A stretch of 64,000 bases of DNA, taken from NCBI GenBank assembly GCA_038087875.1, contig CM075994.1:8248001-8312000 (forward strand), in the 5' to 3' direction. The notes below the pieces were generated by a model, which was given only the letters and a program-made list of their open reading frames with translations, had not been told where the DNA came from and did not search any database. Below are positions 39,701-55,960 of the stretch, one piece after another. The DNA comes from Malacoraja senta (lineage: Eukaryota). Positions within the stretch are counted from its first letter, which is position 1, and the number at the start of each line of letters is the position of its first letter. Position numbers and translations under genes: made by a program.

Positions 39701-40731
39701 TCATTTCGAAGTGTGCATTGCACATCAATGCCAGGGCATCCTGCTGGACGTCCGATAAGGGCCCACCATCCAAAGATCTGGCAAATGCCTTGATGCCTGA
39801 AGCCAGCAATTTTAAATTCTTTGGAGTTTCATTTCTTGGGCTTTGATGCCCCATTTTTCTCCAATGTACCCCCAGATAGAGCTGTTCACTGCCGGCACTT
39901 TCAGGGATGCACAATTTTCAGGTGTATGGTATTTTGCAGCCGTTTCAACCATCACCTCTTCCTGTAATTGATGCGACGTGAGGTAGTTTATGCTGGAAGC
40001 CAGCTCTTGCAGCAGCTCCCCTGTTTGCGAGGGTATCACAAGCCTTGATGCCATGGCAGGCAATTCTTGAACCTCACGCATGTCATGCATTCCAGTATGT
40101 TCCACGGACATGCCTCCGAATTCGGAGTCAGTCATATACTGACCCCGTACACTCCCCTCCTCAGAGTGGGAGATATTAAGCAGCCCTGGACCAGGCGCTG
40201 CCACAGGCTCACAAGGAGACCTGCGCTGATATGTCCCCATTTCACGGAGCATATGATGATGGAGCATCCTTTCCATAAGGTGCTCCATCAGGGATAAATG
40301 CCCGAAGACGCCATCCACGTTTGTAGGAGGAGAATCCTCCTGGCCTGACTCACCTGTACACAGGCCTCTCAGACTTGGGTTGCCAAAGTCTGAAGTCGCT
40401 GACCACACTGTCAGTGACTCAGACGGCGAAACCGATGGCCGCCGGCTACCTGCACTCCCGCGGTCCTCCGTAGCCACTTTCCCTGCGGCCCGTCTGGATT
40501 TTCGCCCTGGATTCATTATTCTTAGTAATTGGAAATTTTGTAAAGAGAAATTTCGCACAAAAAATCCGACCTCGGTATAAGTTTATAAACTTACCTACAG
40601 GATTTTAAAACTTACCGCTGGAGGAGCGACGCTCCTCCCAGCCAGTCGTACGCAATGCGTTAGACGTATTGACGCGCATGCGGGCTGGCGGGCTTCTTCA
40701 AGTAGTCACTCACGTGACTTCGAAGTAAAAT
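36749..40731 (-). mobile_element. DIRS1-like retrotransposon with both termini and ICR, internally deleted
   Basis: gag-like ORFs, RT (LPNGLTSAPRLFTK), DIRS RNase H (INYLE...DNTTAVAYIN), DLFAS methyltransferase-like segment and YR N-terminus (HPLISRFMKDIFN). ICR 36971-37050 is complementary to both ends. Confidence 0.92.
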
Positions 40732-41044
40732 GGGCTTAACTGCTAGATACAATTACCACATACAATTAGCTCATTACCTCTTGAACAAATTTGAACTCAT
40801 CCTAAAGTCAATTGCAGGCGCATCCCTGTTTGTTATCAAGTATTGAACACAAACGTAGTTTAGTCGTTGCCCCCTCTCTAATTAGGGGAAAGAGATTTGA
40901 TTCCCTTCTCTTTGTAATTCTCAAAGTCGTAATAGTAGGAAATGTATTCCTCATTGCTTCCCCCAGAACCAAGAACTTGCTTCAGCTCTAATGTTCAGCA
41001 CTCTGGAGTGACTACGTAGAACCTAGAACATAGAACAGTACAGC

Positions 41045-43594
41045 CACGGCCGGCCTTAAGCCGATTGGACCGATTGCTCCCAATTGGGCCCCGCGCCTAA
41101 GGGGGGCCCCGCACTAATGTTCCGTATTTCATACGGAAATACGAATTTGCTTTGTTAAATAAAGATTTTTTAAAAAACATTCGCCATCCGGATCTTTTTT
41201 AAAAAAGATCATGGATAACAACCGCTGCACGGCCATCAGAAACAAACGATTTGTTAACTACTACTGTTAGCACTTGTTAACAGCCAGTAGTTAACAAGTA
41301 GTTATACAATGTGTCATCAATGCATCGATCTACATTCCTCAGTAAATGTAATTGTATTTTGAACAAGTATTAATGACGCCGCGTTCCTATGAATAAAATT
41401 CACGTGGCGTCATTAATACTTGTTCAAAACACAATTACATTTACTGAGGAACGTAGATCGATGCATTGATGACACATTGAGAATTTCTTAAAACTCACCA
41501 TCATGATTGAGGGCTCCGGACCGCGAGAAGGGGCTTCTTCTTGGTGTGCAGGTTAGTCATTCACTTACTGACCGACGTTGTGTCTCTCTGTCTTTCGCTC
41601 TCTCCCTCCCTCTCTCTCTCTCTCTCTCTCAGCAGAAACTCAGCAGCCGCCTTGCCCGCTGAGTTCCTCCAGCACACTGTGTTTTTTGTTTGGCTCTGAA
41701 GTTGAAGGTGGCTCAGCGGGACGGGCATGGGTTCTGGGGAGATGGTTGCATTTCTGGTCGAGACCCTTCTTCAGACAATCACAAGTACTCTCACCGACGA
41801 GAATTCAGTTCAGTCTGAAGAAGGGTCTTCTCTCCAGAGTCGCTGCGCTGCCTGTCCTGCTGAGTTACTCCAGCTTTATGTCTATTTACAATTTCACAGA
41901 AATCACATTTCTCACATGTGCCTTATAGCGTCCACTAACCCCCCCCCCTTCCTTCCCAACCTCAGCCTCACGGACCTTAGCGTACCCCTAGTTCCTAAAA
42001 ACCCATTTCCATCACTGTTCATGTTGCACTTATAATGCAGAGACCAGGCTTGAAGTGATTCTGTGAAACAAAAGGATAAAGAGCTGGTTTCAGTCCAACA
42101 GCAGCCTGAAGCACTTCAGCCTCTTAGCCCAGTGACCAGCTGTTTCAAGTTTTCTACTGCTGTTGGACTGAAACCAGCTCTTTATCTTTTTGTTTCACCC
42201 CCTAGCCGTCCACATTCATCTCCCTCTCCCCCACCTTCCTCCCACGGTGCCTGCTGCTTTGGTGGCAGGCACACCATCACGTTTACATTGCCAGTTAACC
42301 ACTGATTTATTTTCAAGTGGTCAGTGCAAAGTATGCCTTCATAAAAACTGGTATCGTTGCCAAAAGTAACTTGCTTTGTGAAAATGGGCATTTGTAAAAT
42401 TAAACCCCAGTGTCCTCTGAGCTACTGTATTGTTCAATATTCTTGCTAATAGTATTAGCATTTCAATGCTGCGTGTGCTTCAGCATGGGCCATCCATTAG
42501 TTAGATCGCAGCGGAACATAGTATTAAATCGCAAGCGACTGCAGATGCTGCAGATTTTGAGAAAAAAAACTGCTGGAGGAATATTGAGTCACACCATTTA
42601 GTGAAGCCACCTAACAAAGGGTTGCTCTTTGGAGGCGAATAGTCACTTCCTGACTAACTGCTGACTCATTTGAACCTGCCGCAGGGTGCTATGGATACCC
42701 GTTTTCTATTGAACAAATGCATGAGTGAAGAGTCGAGTCAAGAATGTACAATTGTCATGTGTACCCACAACAGAACAAAGAAATTCTTATTTGCAGCAGC
42801 ATAACAGGCGTGTAAACACAATACTCATAGATTGTATGAGAACAAATGAGAAACGAATAGATTCAATAACTTAACCCTAATACTAGTGTAAAAAAGCTCA
42901 GGGTGCCCCATCAAATCTTATCAATCGCTTGCTAATCACATGACTGTGTCCAACTGCTGTTTGGTTCGTTGATCGTATTGCTAGATATGAACTGTTTTCG
43001 GAGAGAAAAATGCTCATGGCAGACCAAACGTGTTAAACAGAAATTGGTCAGATACTGAGCTTTACACAGTGAGAAATCATGTGAAATAATCATTGAATTT
43101 TATTTTAAATGAATGTACCAGCATGTTATACTGTTTAGTTTTGGAGATACAGCCAGATAGTCCACTGAGTTCGCACTGACCAGCGATTTTTGTTTTCCTA
43201 TTTGTCAATTATTTTGTGCCTGATTATTTGGCGGCCAATCAATCGCTGTCTCTAAGGGGGTTGCGTCCAAACACCAACAGCGTGCCTTAAAATTCCCGTG
43301 CAATCAACAAATAGGTCTCCTCCCGTCCAATCAGCTGCTGTCTCCAAGGGCATTGTGTCCAATCACATAATGCAGCTTAATGGTAATTAGCTGCTACGGT
43401 AAAGGTTGGAAGCCAGTGGAGGTACTGACAGTCAAACGGGAGTAGGAGAGATTCTGACAGTGTATAATCCATAGCACCTCAGTGTACAATTTCATAATAT
43501 ATACTAAATAACTGGGCTGACAGACCTTGGCTGGGACCTGGGGCTCACCAAAATTGTTCCCAATTGGGCCCCGCACCCCCTAAGGCCGGCCCTG
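41045..43594. mobile_element. Non-autonomous hAT transposon (2550 bp) with internal cargo
   Basis: TIR cacggccggcctta / taaggccggccctg; perfect 8-bp TSD agtacagc (41037-41044 and 43595-43602); no transposase ORF. Confidence 0.88.
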
Positions 43595-43819
43595 AGTACA
43601 GCACAGGAACGGGACCTTTGGCCCACAATTTTTGTTTTGAACATGACGCCAAGATAAACCAATCTCATCTGCCTGTTCATAATCCATATCCCTCTATTCC
43701 CTGCACTTCCATGTGCCTATCTAAGAGCCTCTTCCACACCACTATCGTATCTGTCTGCACCACCACCCCCGGCAATGCGTTCCAGGCCCCCACCAATCTC
43801 AGTGTAAACACTCAGAGTC

Positions 43820-45700
43820 ATAGAGTGATACAGCATGGAAACAGGCACTTTGGCCCATCTAGCATTTACACTAGTCCCGCCTGGCACATATCCCTCTAAA
43901 CCTGTCCTATGAACCTGTCTAAATGTTTCGTAAAGGTTGCCATAGTACCTGTGTCACTACCTCCTCCAGCAGCTCGTTCCATACACCCACCACTCTTTGT
44001 GTAATAACAGTTACCCCTCAGATTCTATATAAATCTTTCCCCCCCTCATCATAAACCTATGCCGTATGGTTCTCGATTTCCCTACACTGGGCAAAAGACT
44101 GCATTTACCCAACCTATTCTCCTCATGATATTGTATATATCTATAGGATCACGCCTCATTCTCCTGCGCTCCAGGGAATAGAGTACCAGCCTGCTCAACC
44201 TCTCCCTATAGCTCAGATCCTCTAGTCCTGGCAACATCTTCATAAATCTTTGCACATTTCCAGCTTGACAACATCTTTCCTATAATATAGTGACCAATAC
44301 TGAACACAATTCTCTAAATGTGGCTTCACCAACGTCTTATACAACTACAACATGACCTCCCAACTTCTATACTCAATAATCTGACTGCTGAAGGCCAATG
44401 TGCCAAAAGACTTTCGGACCAACCTATCTACCTATGATGCCATATTCAAGGATCTATACACCTGCATTCCTAGATCCCTGTGCTCTACAGCACTCCTCAG
44501 AGTCTGACCATTCACTTTGCAGGTCTTTCCCTTGTTAGGCTTTCCAAAATGCATCACCTAACATTTCTCTGTATTAAATTCCATCAACCATTCCTCAGCC
44601 CATCTGCCCAACCGATCACTATCCTGCTGCAACTTTTAGTCAACCATCTTCTCTATCTCTAATACCACCCAATTCAGTGTCATCTGCAATCTTGTTAAAC
44701 ATGCCTTCTTTAAATCATTGATATAGATGACAAACAGTTACAGGCCCAGTGCCAAAACCTGAAGCACACCACGAGTCACAGACCTCCAGTATTAAAAACA
44801 ACCTTCCACCATTACCCTCTGCTTCCTTCCATGAAGCCAATTTACTCCATTCAGCTATCTCTCCTTGGATCCCATGGGATGTAACCTTCCAAAGCAGCCT
44901 ACCATGCAGAACCTTGTCGAATGCCTTACTGAAATCCATGGCACAACATCTATAACTCTGCCCTCATCAACCTTTTTGGTCACATTTTCAAAAATCTCAA
45001 TCAGATTCATGAGACACAATCTCCCATGTACAAAACCATGCTGACTATCTCTAATCAGCCCTTGTCTATCTGAATACAAGTATATCTTATCCCTCAAAAT
45101 ACTCTCTGGTAGCTTTCCAACCACAGATGTTAGGCTCACTGGCCTGTAGTTCCCAGCTTTTTCCCTGCAGCCCTTCTTGAATAGAGCCACAACATTTGCC
45201 ATCTTCCGACATGTCACCAGTATTTAATGATGGCTCATAAATTTCAACCAGGACTCCCGAAATTTCCTCTCTAACTTCCACAATGTCCTTGGATATATCT
45301 GATCAGGCCCAGGAAATTTGTTTACCCTCATACACGGCAGTACCTTCAGCACCTCTTCGACCGTACATTGACTGCTCTCAACCCACTTCCATTGACTGCC
45401 CCCAGTTCCTCCGTCCTCACGTCTTTCTCCTCGGTAAATACAGAGGAGAACTATTCATTGAGGACGTTGCCCATCTCCTGTGGCTCCACACAGAGGTGAC
45501 CACTTTGATTCCTGAGGGATTTTGTTCTATCTCCGGTTACCCTTTTCCGCTCTATGTATTTAGAAAATCTTTTGGGATTATCCTTAATGTTATCTGCAAG
45601 AGCTATCTCCTGTGTCCTTTTTGTCTTCCTGATTTCCTTCTTTAGCTTGCTCCTCAGTTCCCAGAAACTCCTCTAGGGATACACCTGATCCCAGCTGGTC
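43820..45700 (-). mobile_element. CR1/HER1-like LINE, decayed RT region
   Basis: NYRPVSLTSVVGK, SQHGF and DFSKAFDKV in fragmented minus-strand ORFs. Confidence 0.85.
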
Positions 45701-48089
45701 GGTATGGGCACTGCGAGATGGCTGCCCTGCCAGCAGCGTGTTAGTCATTTCCACTTTTTTTGTTTTTTAGTATGTCCAAATGTGTGTTTTAATGTCTCTC
45801 GGTGTGTCTTGTGTGGGGGGGTGGTGAGTGGCGTTAAGGGGTGAACCGCTTTCGGTCACCTCCTCCACGGAGAGGCAACTTTTTCCATGTCGCCTTCCTC
45901 GCGGCCTAATACCAAGGATTGGTGCAGCCTTTCCCGGAGTCGGGCCTGGAACTTCAGCAGTGGGCGCAGCGCGAACTTTTCATCGTGGAGCGGGCGAGCT
46001 CTCGCCGGGGGTTGCCAGAAGGTAGTGCTCCGATCGCTGGCCCGCGGCAGCCTGAAGCTGCGGGCTGTGGTGCTTCCAGCTGGCGCGGCGTGTTGGACAT
46101 TTCCACCCTGGTATTAAGGGTCTTCCCTATCTATGCCTCTCATAATGTTATATACTTCTCCCATGTCTCCCCTCAACAAATGTTCCAGAGAAAACCATTT
46201 GATTTGATCCAACTAGTAGCTGAAACCCCCTAATCCATGCAGCATGCTGATAAATAACCTCTGCACCCACTCCAAAGCCTCTGCATCTTTCCTGTAATGT
46301 GGTGACCAGAACTGCATGCAATACTCCAAATGCAGCCTACCAAAGTCCCATAGAGCTATATCATGGGCAATCCATCTTTCCAGTAAGCTCCATATCCTTT
46401 AATATGCATATCTGTGATTTTCATCACAGGGAAGATGTTCTCGAAGAATGCTGAAACGAAGGAGGCTGCAAAATGTAGTGGACATATGTAGTCTGTCACA
46501 GGTATTGACCTCCCGACTAACAAATGGATCTATAGGAAGTGCTGCATCAAGAAGACAGCTAATATCATCAAAGACCCACACAATGCTGGCACGTTCTCAT
46601 CTCTCTGCTACCATTGAAAAGTAGTGCATGAATCTGACAACCATTAGTTCCAGGTACAATATATTTTTTTGGTGGGAGTGTCCGAGATTTCAACATCCTT
46701 CAGGATGAATTGTAGTTCCCTGCTTTCACTTCTAATTAGCCCACCCACAGTGCCAGGCACCTCAGGCATAAGCCACTGGTGATTGATCGTTTCAGAAGAA
46801 TGAGAAGAATTGGTGCACTGTGCAGCTGGCATAGGTTCAGTAGGTGGGGGAGGGGGGAATGGATGTGGGGTGGGGGGGGGGGGGCGGCAAGGGAGTATAT
46901 GCACAGAAGTCCACTGGAAGGTCAACTTAGAATCAAGAGTGTTTAACTGTTAATATACCACCTGAAATAATGCAATTCTAACTAAATGCAGCTTGACATG
47001 CCCATGAAGCACAACATAATACAAGGATATACAATAAATCGTCACTATTCTACTAAACCCGTGAGAATACAAGCCAAAGAATGTTGTGCTACCTTAGTGC
47101 AAAGTCCATAGTAGTGCAGTGCGGAGGTAAGAGTGTGGTTGGGATCGTACAGTGTGATTAAAGAGTCTGTTGGTTGATGGACTTTCATCAGAGATTGTCC
47201 TTGACACTGGAGATAACGATTCTCAGATTCATGCACTACTTTTCAACAGTAATAGAGAGATGAGAACGTGCCAGCCTGGTGTGGGTCTTTGATGATATTA
47301 GCTGTCTTCTTGTAGATCCCTTTCTGGTGGGGAGATTACCTGTGATGGACCGGGCAATGGCCACCACTTTTTGAAGCCTCCTTCGTTCTAGCATTCTTGG
47401 GGAGCACCTTCCGCCTGATTAAAGACTCAAATGCATCAATGACCAGGCCACAGGCTCCAACTGCAACAACAATAATAACTTCTGTTGACTTTGAGCCTTT
47501 ATAAATGTGGGCAAACCTGTAAAGTGTCTAGTAACATGATCCAGTATCAATATGAGTGGGATTAGATGCACTACACTGACAATGGAATGCAGTTTCATCT
47601 TTATATCTGAAACTCTGATTTCTCCCCCATTTATGACATTTTATAAACAATGATCAAAATGAAGAAGTGAGATTAAAGGCAGAGAAGATTCAGGGCCAGA
47701 AGTACAGGAATGTGAAGATATACAATAACATCGAGATGGACTCTCAGAGGGATGCTTGGCTGAAGGTAAGGAAGTCACTTTTCCTGGAGGTCAAATATTG
47801 CATCTTGAAATTCACCTGACATTCGTAGGTGTTTTTGCACTCAGGGTATGCTTAAGATATTTCTGATTAAGATTAGAGATGTCTTTACACAGTGCGGTGA
47901 AATTCTCTGTCAGAGAATCCTCCTATTTAGAATGGTTTAAGATAGATTTCCAGACAATAAATGATTCAAGGATTTCCGGGAGAGAACAGGAAAATGTATT
48001 GAGATAGAGGATCCGCCATTATCATGTGTAGTGGGCTTGGACGATGCAATGCCCTTCCTTTGATGTCTCTCTTCATTCTATGGGAGTAA

Positions 48090-48720
48090 AGAGTATACAT
48101 TCACAGGAGTAAAGAGGTTCTTCTGCAGTTGTATAGGGCGCTGATAAGACCACATCTGGAGTATTGTGTACAGTTTTGGTCTCCTAATTTGAGGAAGGAC
48201 ATCCTTGTGATTGAGGCAGTGCAGCGTAGGTTCACGAGATTGATCCCTGGGATGGCGGGACTGTCATATGAGCAAAGATTGAAAAGACTATTCTTGTATT
48301 CACTGGAGTTTAGAAGGATGAGGGGATATCTTATAGGAGCATGTAAAATTATAGAAGGACTGGACAAGCTAGATGCAGTAAAAATGTTCCCAATGTTGGG
48401 CGAGTCCAGAACCAGGGGCCACAGTCTTAGAATAAAGGGGAGGCCATTTTAGACTGAGGTGAGAAAAAACATTTTCACCCAGAGAGTTGTGAATTTGTGG
48501 AATTCCCTGCCACAGAGGGCAGTGGAGGCTAAATCACTGGATGGATTTAAGAGATAATTAGATAGAGAGCAAGGGGCTAGTGGAATCAAGGGATATGGGG
48601 AGAAGGCAGGCACGGGTTATTGATTGGGGACCATCAGCCATGATCACAATGAATGGCGGTGCTTGCTCGAAGTGCCGAATGGCCTCCTCCTGCACCTATT
48701 TTCTATGTTTCTATGTTTCT
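48090..48720 (+). mobile_element. CR1/HER1-like LINE 3' end
   Basis: LIRPHLEYCVQFWSP...VQRRFTRLIPG; (ctatgttt)n tail. Confidence 0.88.
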
Positions 48721-48825
48721 GTAAGTGTTTTCCAACAAAAAATGAACAATGGAAAACCATAATGGAGTTTGTGCAAGTTAGGATGCAGAGAGTAAAATGA
48801 AAGGAGTTCATGTTAATGTTGGATA

Positions 48826-52173
<3,348 letters not shown>

Positions 52174-52269
52174 GTTGGATAGACAATAGGAGTGCTGCCT
52201 GCAGATCTCTGGAATAGTGAAGTGTGGAGACATCTCTTGCAGGGGTGTGGTTTTCAGTAGCAGGTGAAT

Positions 52270-53500
52270 TGAGACCTAATTGGAGACAACTCCAATAAAT
52301 ATAATTTACCTAACTCACACTTTTTTAGATATTTACAAATTAGACATTTTTTGAAGGCTACTCTACCCTTTTTTCCGTTACCACATCAAACTGAAATTTA
52401 GGAAATTTATTTACATTTGAACCCTTATCAGAAAGGCTTAATAACGACTATTTCTGAGTTGATTTTGAAATTACAAATAGATACATTTGATAAAATTAAG
52501 AATGACTGGGAAAGAGAACTCCAAATTTCTCTACCTATAGAGAAATGGGAGAGGATTCTTCAATTAGTTAATACTTCCTCAATATGTGCAAGACACGCTC
52601 TGATACAATTCAAGGTGGTTCACAGAGTTCATATGTCAAAAGATAAGTTACCTCGTTTTTATGGTCATATAAATCCTACCTGTGACAGATGTAACTCTGA
52701 AGTGGCCTCACTGACCCACATGTTTTGGTCCTGCCCACTTTTGGAAAAATATTGGAAAGAAATCTTTGATACTATTTCTGTAGTTTTAGGTATTAATTTA
52801 CATCCTCATCCTATTACTGCAATTTTGGGGCTACCAATGTTAGATTCTATTCATTTGTCTGGTTCTGCCCATCGGCTGATTGCTTTTACCACATTAATTG
52901 CCAGAAGATCTATTTTATTTAAATGGAAAGACTCTAACCCTCCAACCGCACTCCATTGGTATTCTGAAATGATATCATGTTTAAATTTAGAAAAAATTAG
53001 CAGTGACATTGTTGAACCCTTGGTTAAATTTGATAGGACTGGGGGAAGATTTATTCAACATTTTCACACAACATAAATTGTCCCCTCTCCAACTGTTATA
53101 ATAATTATTTTACCTTTATACGGTGGAACGGACTCGACGACAAACAGGGCCTTAAATTGTTGAAATTCTTTGCAGCCCAGATTCTGTTTTGCTTTTTTTT
53201 TCTAGGTTAGGGAGGTTTTGTTTTATCCTTTTTTCTCTTTTTTTCTTTTTTTTCTTTTTATCTTTTTTTTTACATATAAGTTTTCTTTTAAACACTTAAC
53301 TATATTTACATAGAGACCAGGAGGTCTATATTCAATGTGTATTTTGACACTGGACTGATATTTAGGTTATACCTGTTATTAATGTAATCCTGATCCCTAT
53401 GTATCAATATCATTGTTATGTTTATCATTATTTTTTGTTGTTGTTTTGTTTTGTTTTTGAAAAAAAACAAATACAAATATTTTAAAAGAAAGAAAGAAAG
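52270..53500 (+). mobile_element. L1 ORF2 C-terminus (Cys-rich region), 3' UTR and A-rich tail
   Basis: ORF 52417-53076 with CDRC...HMFWSC zinc-knuckle motif, then a T-rich UTR. Confidence 0.85.
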
Positions 53501-53624
53501 GAGATGGAAGTGGATGGGGTTGATTGAGACTTTGAGATCATTCAAACCAACTGAAAGATAACAGAGATAGGACTCAAGGGTTGTGATGACACAACCTGAT
53601 TATAATGATAAAAAAAAAGCTTAA

Positions 53625-55471
53625 AAGGGCTGTCTCACTGTGCGAGTTGACCCACGAGTGACCCCGAGTTTAAAACAAATTTAACTCGTGGTAATCACGT
53701 ACAATTAACGTAGCGGGAACGTCGGAACTCGTGGACGCAACTTAGCGACTCTTGGCGCTAACGGGAGGTACACGTGAAACTTGTTAACTCTTGCAAAAGT
53801 TCAAACATGTTTGTACTTTTCCACGAGTAAAATGTACTCTTGAGGTTAAAATTTGAAACATTTTAAACTTGTTGTAAGCACCTAGTGGCCCGTGCGTTTA
53901 ACTTTGTGACTCGTGAGTCTACCGTGGGAACTCTTTTTAGAAACAATAATCAGGGACAGAAATATCAGCTACTTAGACTTTTTAAAGACAAATTCTGCTT
54001 AACAAAGTTAAGCAAGTTATTGATAAGGTGACAGTGGGTTGAAAAGAAAAAAATTGCTTGAAGTTTATATATAAATTTGTGTTGTGTTGTGTTGTGTTGA
54101 AAAGCTTCTTGCTGATCCGTTTGATTCTCACTGTTTGTTTACTTCATTGCACAATAAAAGAGAGTTCTTTGCTATCAAGATCAAATTGATGCCTGGAAGT
54201 CTTCATTTTAATATCACTACAAAGTCTCATGACTTGAGTGTAATATTCCTTTCATCATAAAACACAAAATAGAGGAAGGCAAAATATATTCACATCTTGA
54301 TTCTCACAATCATTTGTGAGATTTAAGGACAGCTGCCTCATATGCTGTGCTTTTTAAATGTTTAAAATTGTCACCTCTCAGTAGATCAGAAAATAAGACA
54401 AAGTCTTATGTGAAACAAATGTCTTGAATGTGAAACAAAGTCTTTATTCTTGTTCAATATAAAAAACGCTTTTTTGCGCATATTGAGAAATATGCGTAAT
54501 TTCCTGCAAACCCATATCACGGTGAAGCACCACAGCAAACAACACAGTGGTCTGAAAAAGGGCTTCTCATACATGAAAATCAACAAATGAAGCACAAATA
54601 AAAGTATTTCCACTATATACTAATTCAGCTGAGAAATGCACTAGTCTAAATTCAGGCAATAAAAGATACAATGCAATGCGCTAAATGACAAGTTTTGAGA
54701 TCTACAATCAGATAAGCAGATGCATGATAACCACGTTTTAAAGGAAAGACAGATGCAATGAAATTACTTTTACACCACAATAAAAAATAAAATCCACACT
54801 TAAAGTTAAACAAAGAAAAGTCAGCAGGATTTAAACTAAACATGAAATTAACTGGATTTTTCTGCATGTGGGCTCTCCTCATGCAGTGATGTACCTGTGG
54901 TCGGCAGCCGCTCAAAATAAGCTGTCCTGCCACGGCACACTGCCCAATTCTGAATTATAGTAGGAGCAGAGATGGTCTCTCTGCTCTTTTGCACTGTTGG
55001 TCCCCGTGTTACCTCGAAAACACTGCAGTGGCACCAAAGTCTCGTCGTTTGTACCACTCCTCCAAGCACCTAGTGTTATTCTCCCTGTTTGACTGTCCAC
55101 TAAGTCACCGTCCTGCATGGCCGTTGCTGATCCTGAAGCTGCACCTCTGATACGGATCAGGTTGTGCAGAACACATGCAGCAAACACAATAGTCTCTACG
55201 TTCTTTGGCTGGCATGACATCATTTTTTGAACATGTGATGATTTTTCAACACTTCGATATACATTGTTGCCTCAAGATTAACGGGAGAGGAACTTGGTAC
55301 ACTCGGGAGACGAACTTGGAACATCGCAGAGATGAGAAGTAAATGGGAAACGTAGACATACCCGTGGGAACTCGGTTAAACTCTGGATCATAAACTTGTA
55401 GTATCGTACGCAACCACGAGTCTTTCACTCGGGGTCACTCGTGGGTCAACTCGCACAGTGAGACAGACCTT
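53625..55471 (-). mobile_element. PIF/Harbinger DNA transposon, deletion derivative with transposase C-terminal remnant
   Basis: About 45-bp TIR aagggctgtctcactgtgcgagttgacccacgagtgacc and its complement; TAA/TTA flanks; ORF 54912-55223 IVFAACVLHNL (HARBI1-like). Confidence 0.88.
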
Positions 55472-55960
55472 TTACTTTGGAAAACTAGACCATTACTTGG
55501 AACTAGGGAGAAAGGCAATTAAGCAACTGTTCCAAGTGGTTGTGAGAAAACATTGGAAGGACTAGCAAGATGGAAGGGATTGGAATGGAAATCCAAAGCC
55601 CAGATGCAAAGCTGAGGCGTTTACATTCCTTATACCAACAGACAACTTGCTGATTGATACAATTTGCAATAATTACCCAAAGGATTTCGCACTTAACTCT
55701 TAAAATTAACAGGAAGTATCGTGTTGATTGGCTCTGATATTATTTCAAGTCATGTTGTATCCTTTTCCTCTTTGTATAATTCAGAAAGGCAGTTTTGCAC
55801 TTAACAATCAATTTAATTGTCAGAGAATACTCCCACATATACCATCACACTGGATTAATATAATTTGACAATATGACAACTATGCTTCTACAAATAAACT
55901 GCAATTCTGAGACTGTTCAGCCTTTTGCAACCCACCCTGGCTCCTCTGGTAAAGGGCATG

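Noticed and set aside
43463..43490. DLG-like codons as the missing C4 exon
   Set aside because: Reads DLGWDLGL, has no splice context and lies in the hAT subterminal region.
47640..47765. Possible exon ending at gaag|gtaagg
   Set aside because: The open frame is short, has no clear acceptor and shows no resemblance to C4 or any protein I recognise.
54912..55223. Host HARBI1 gene
   Set aside because: Only a C-terminal remnant lying between transposon TIRs.
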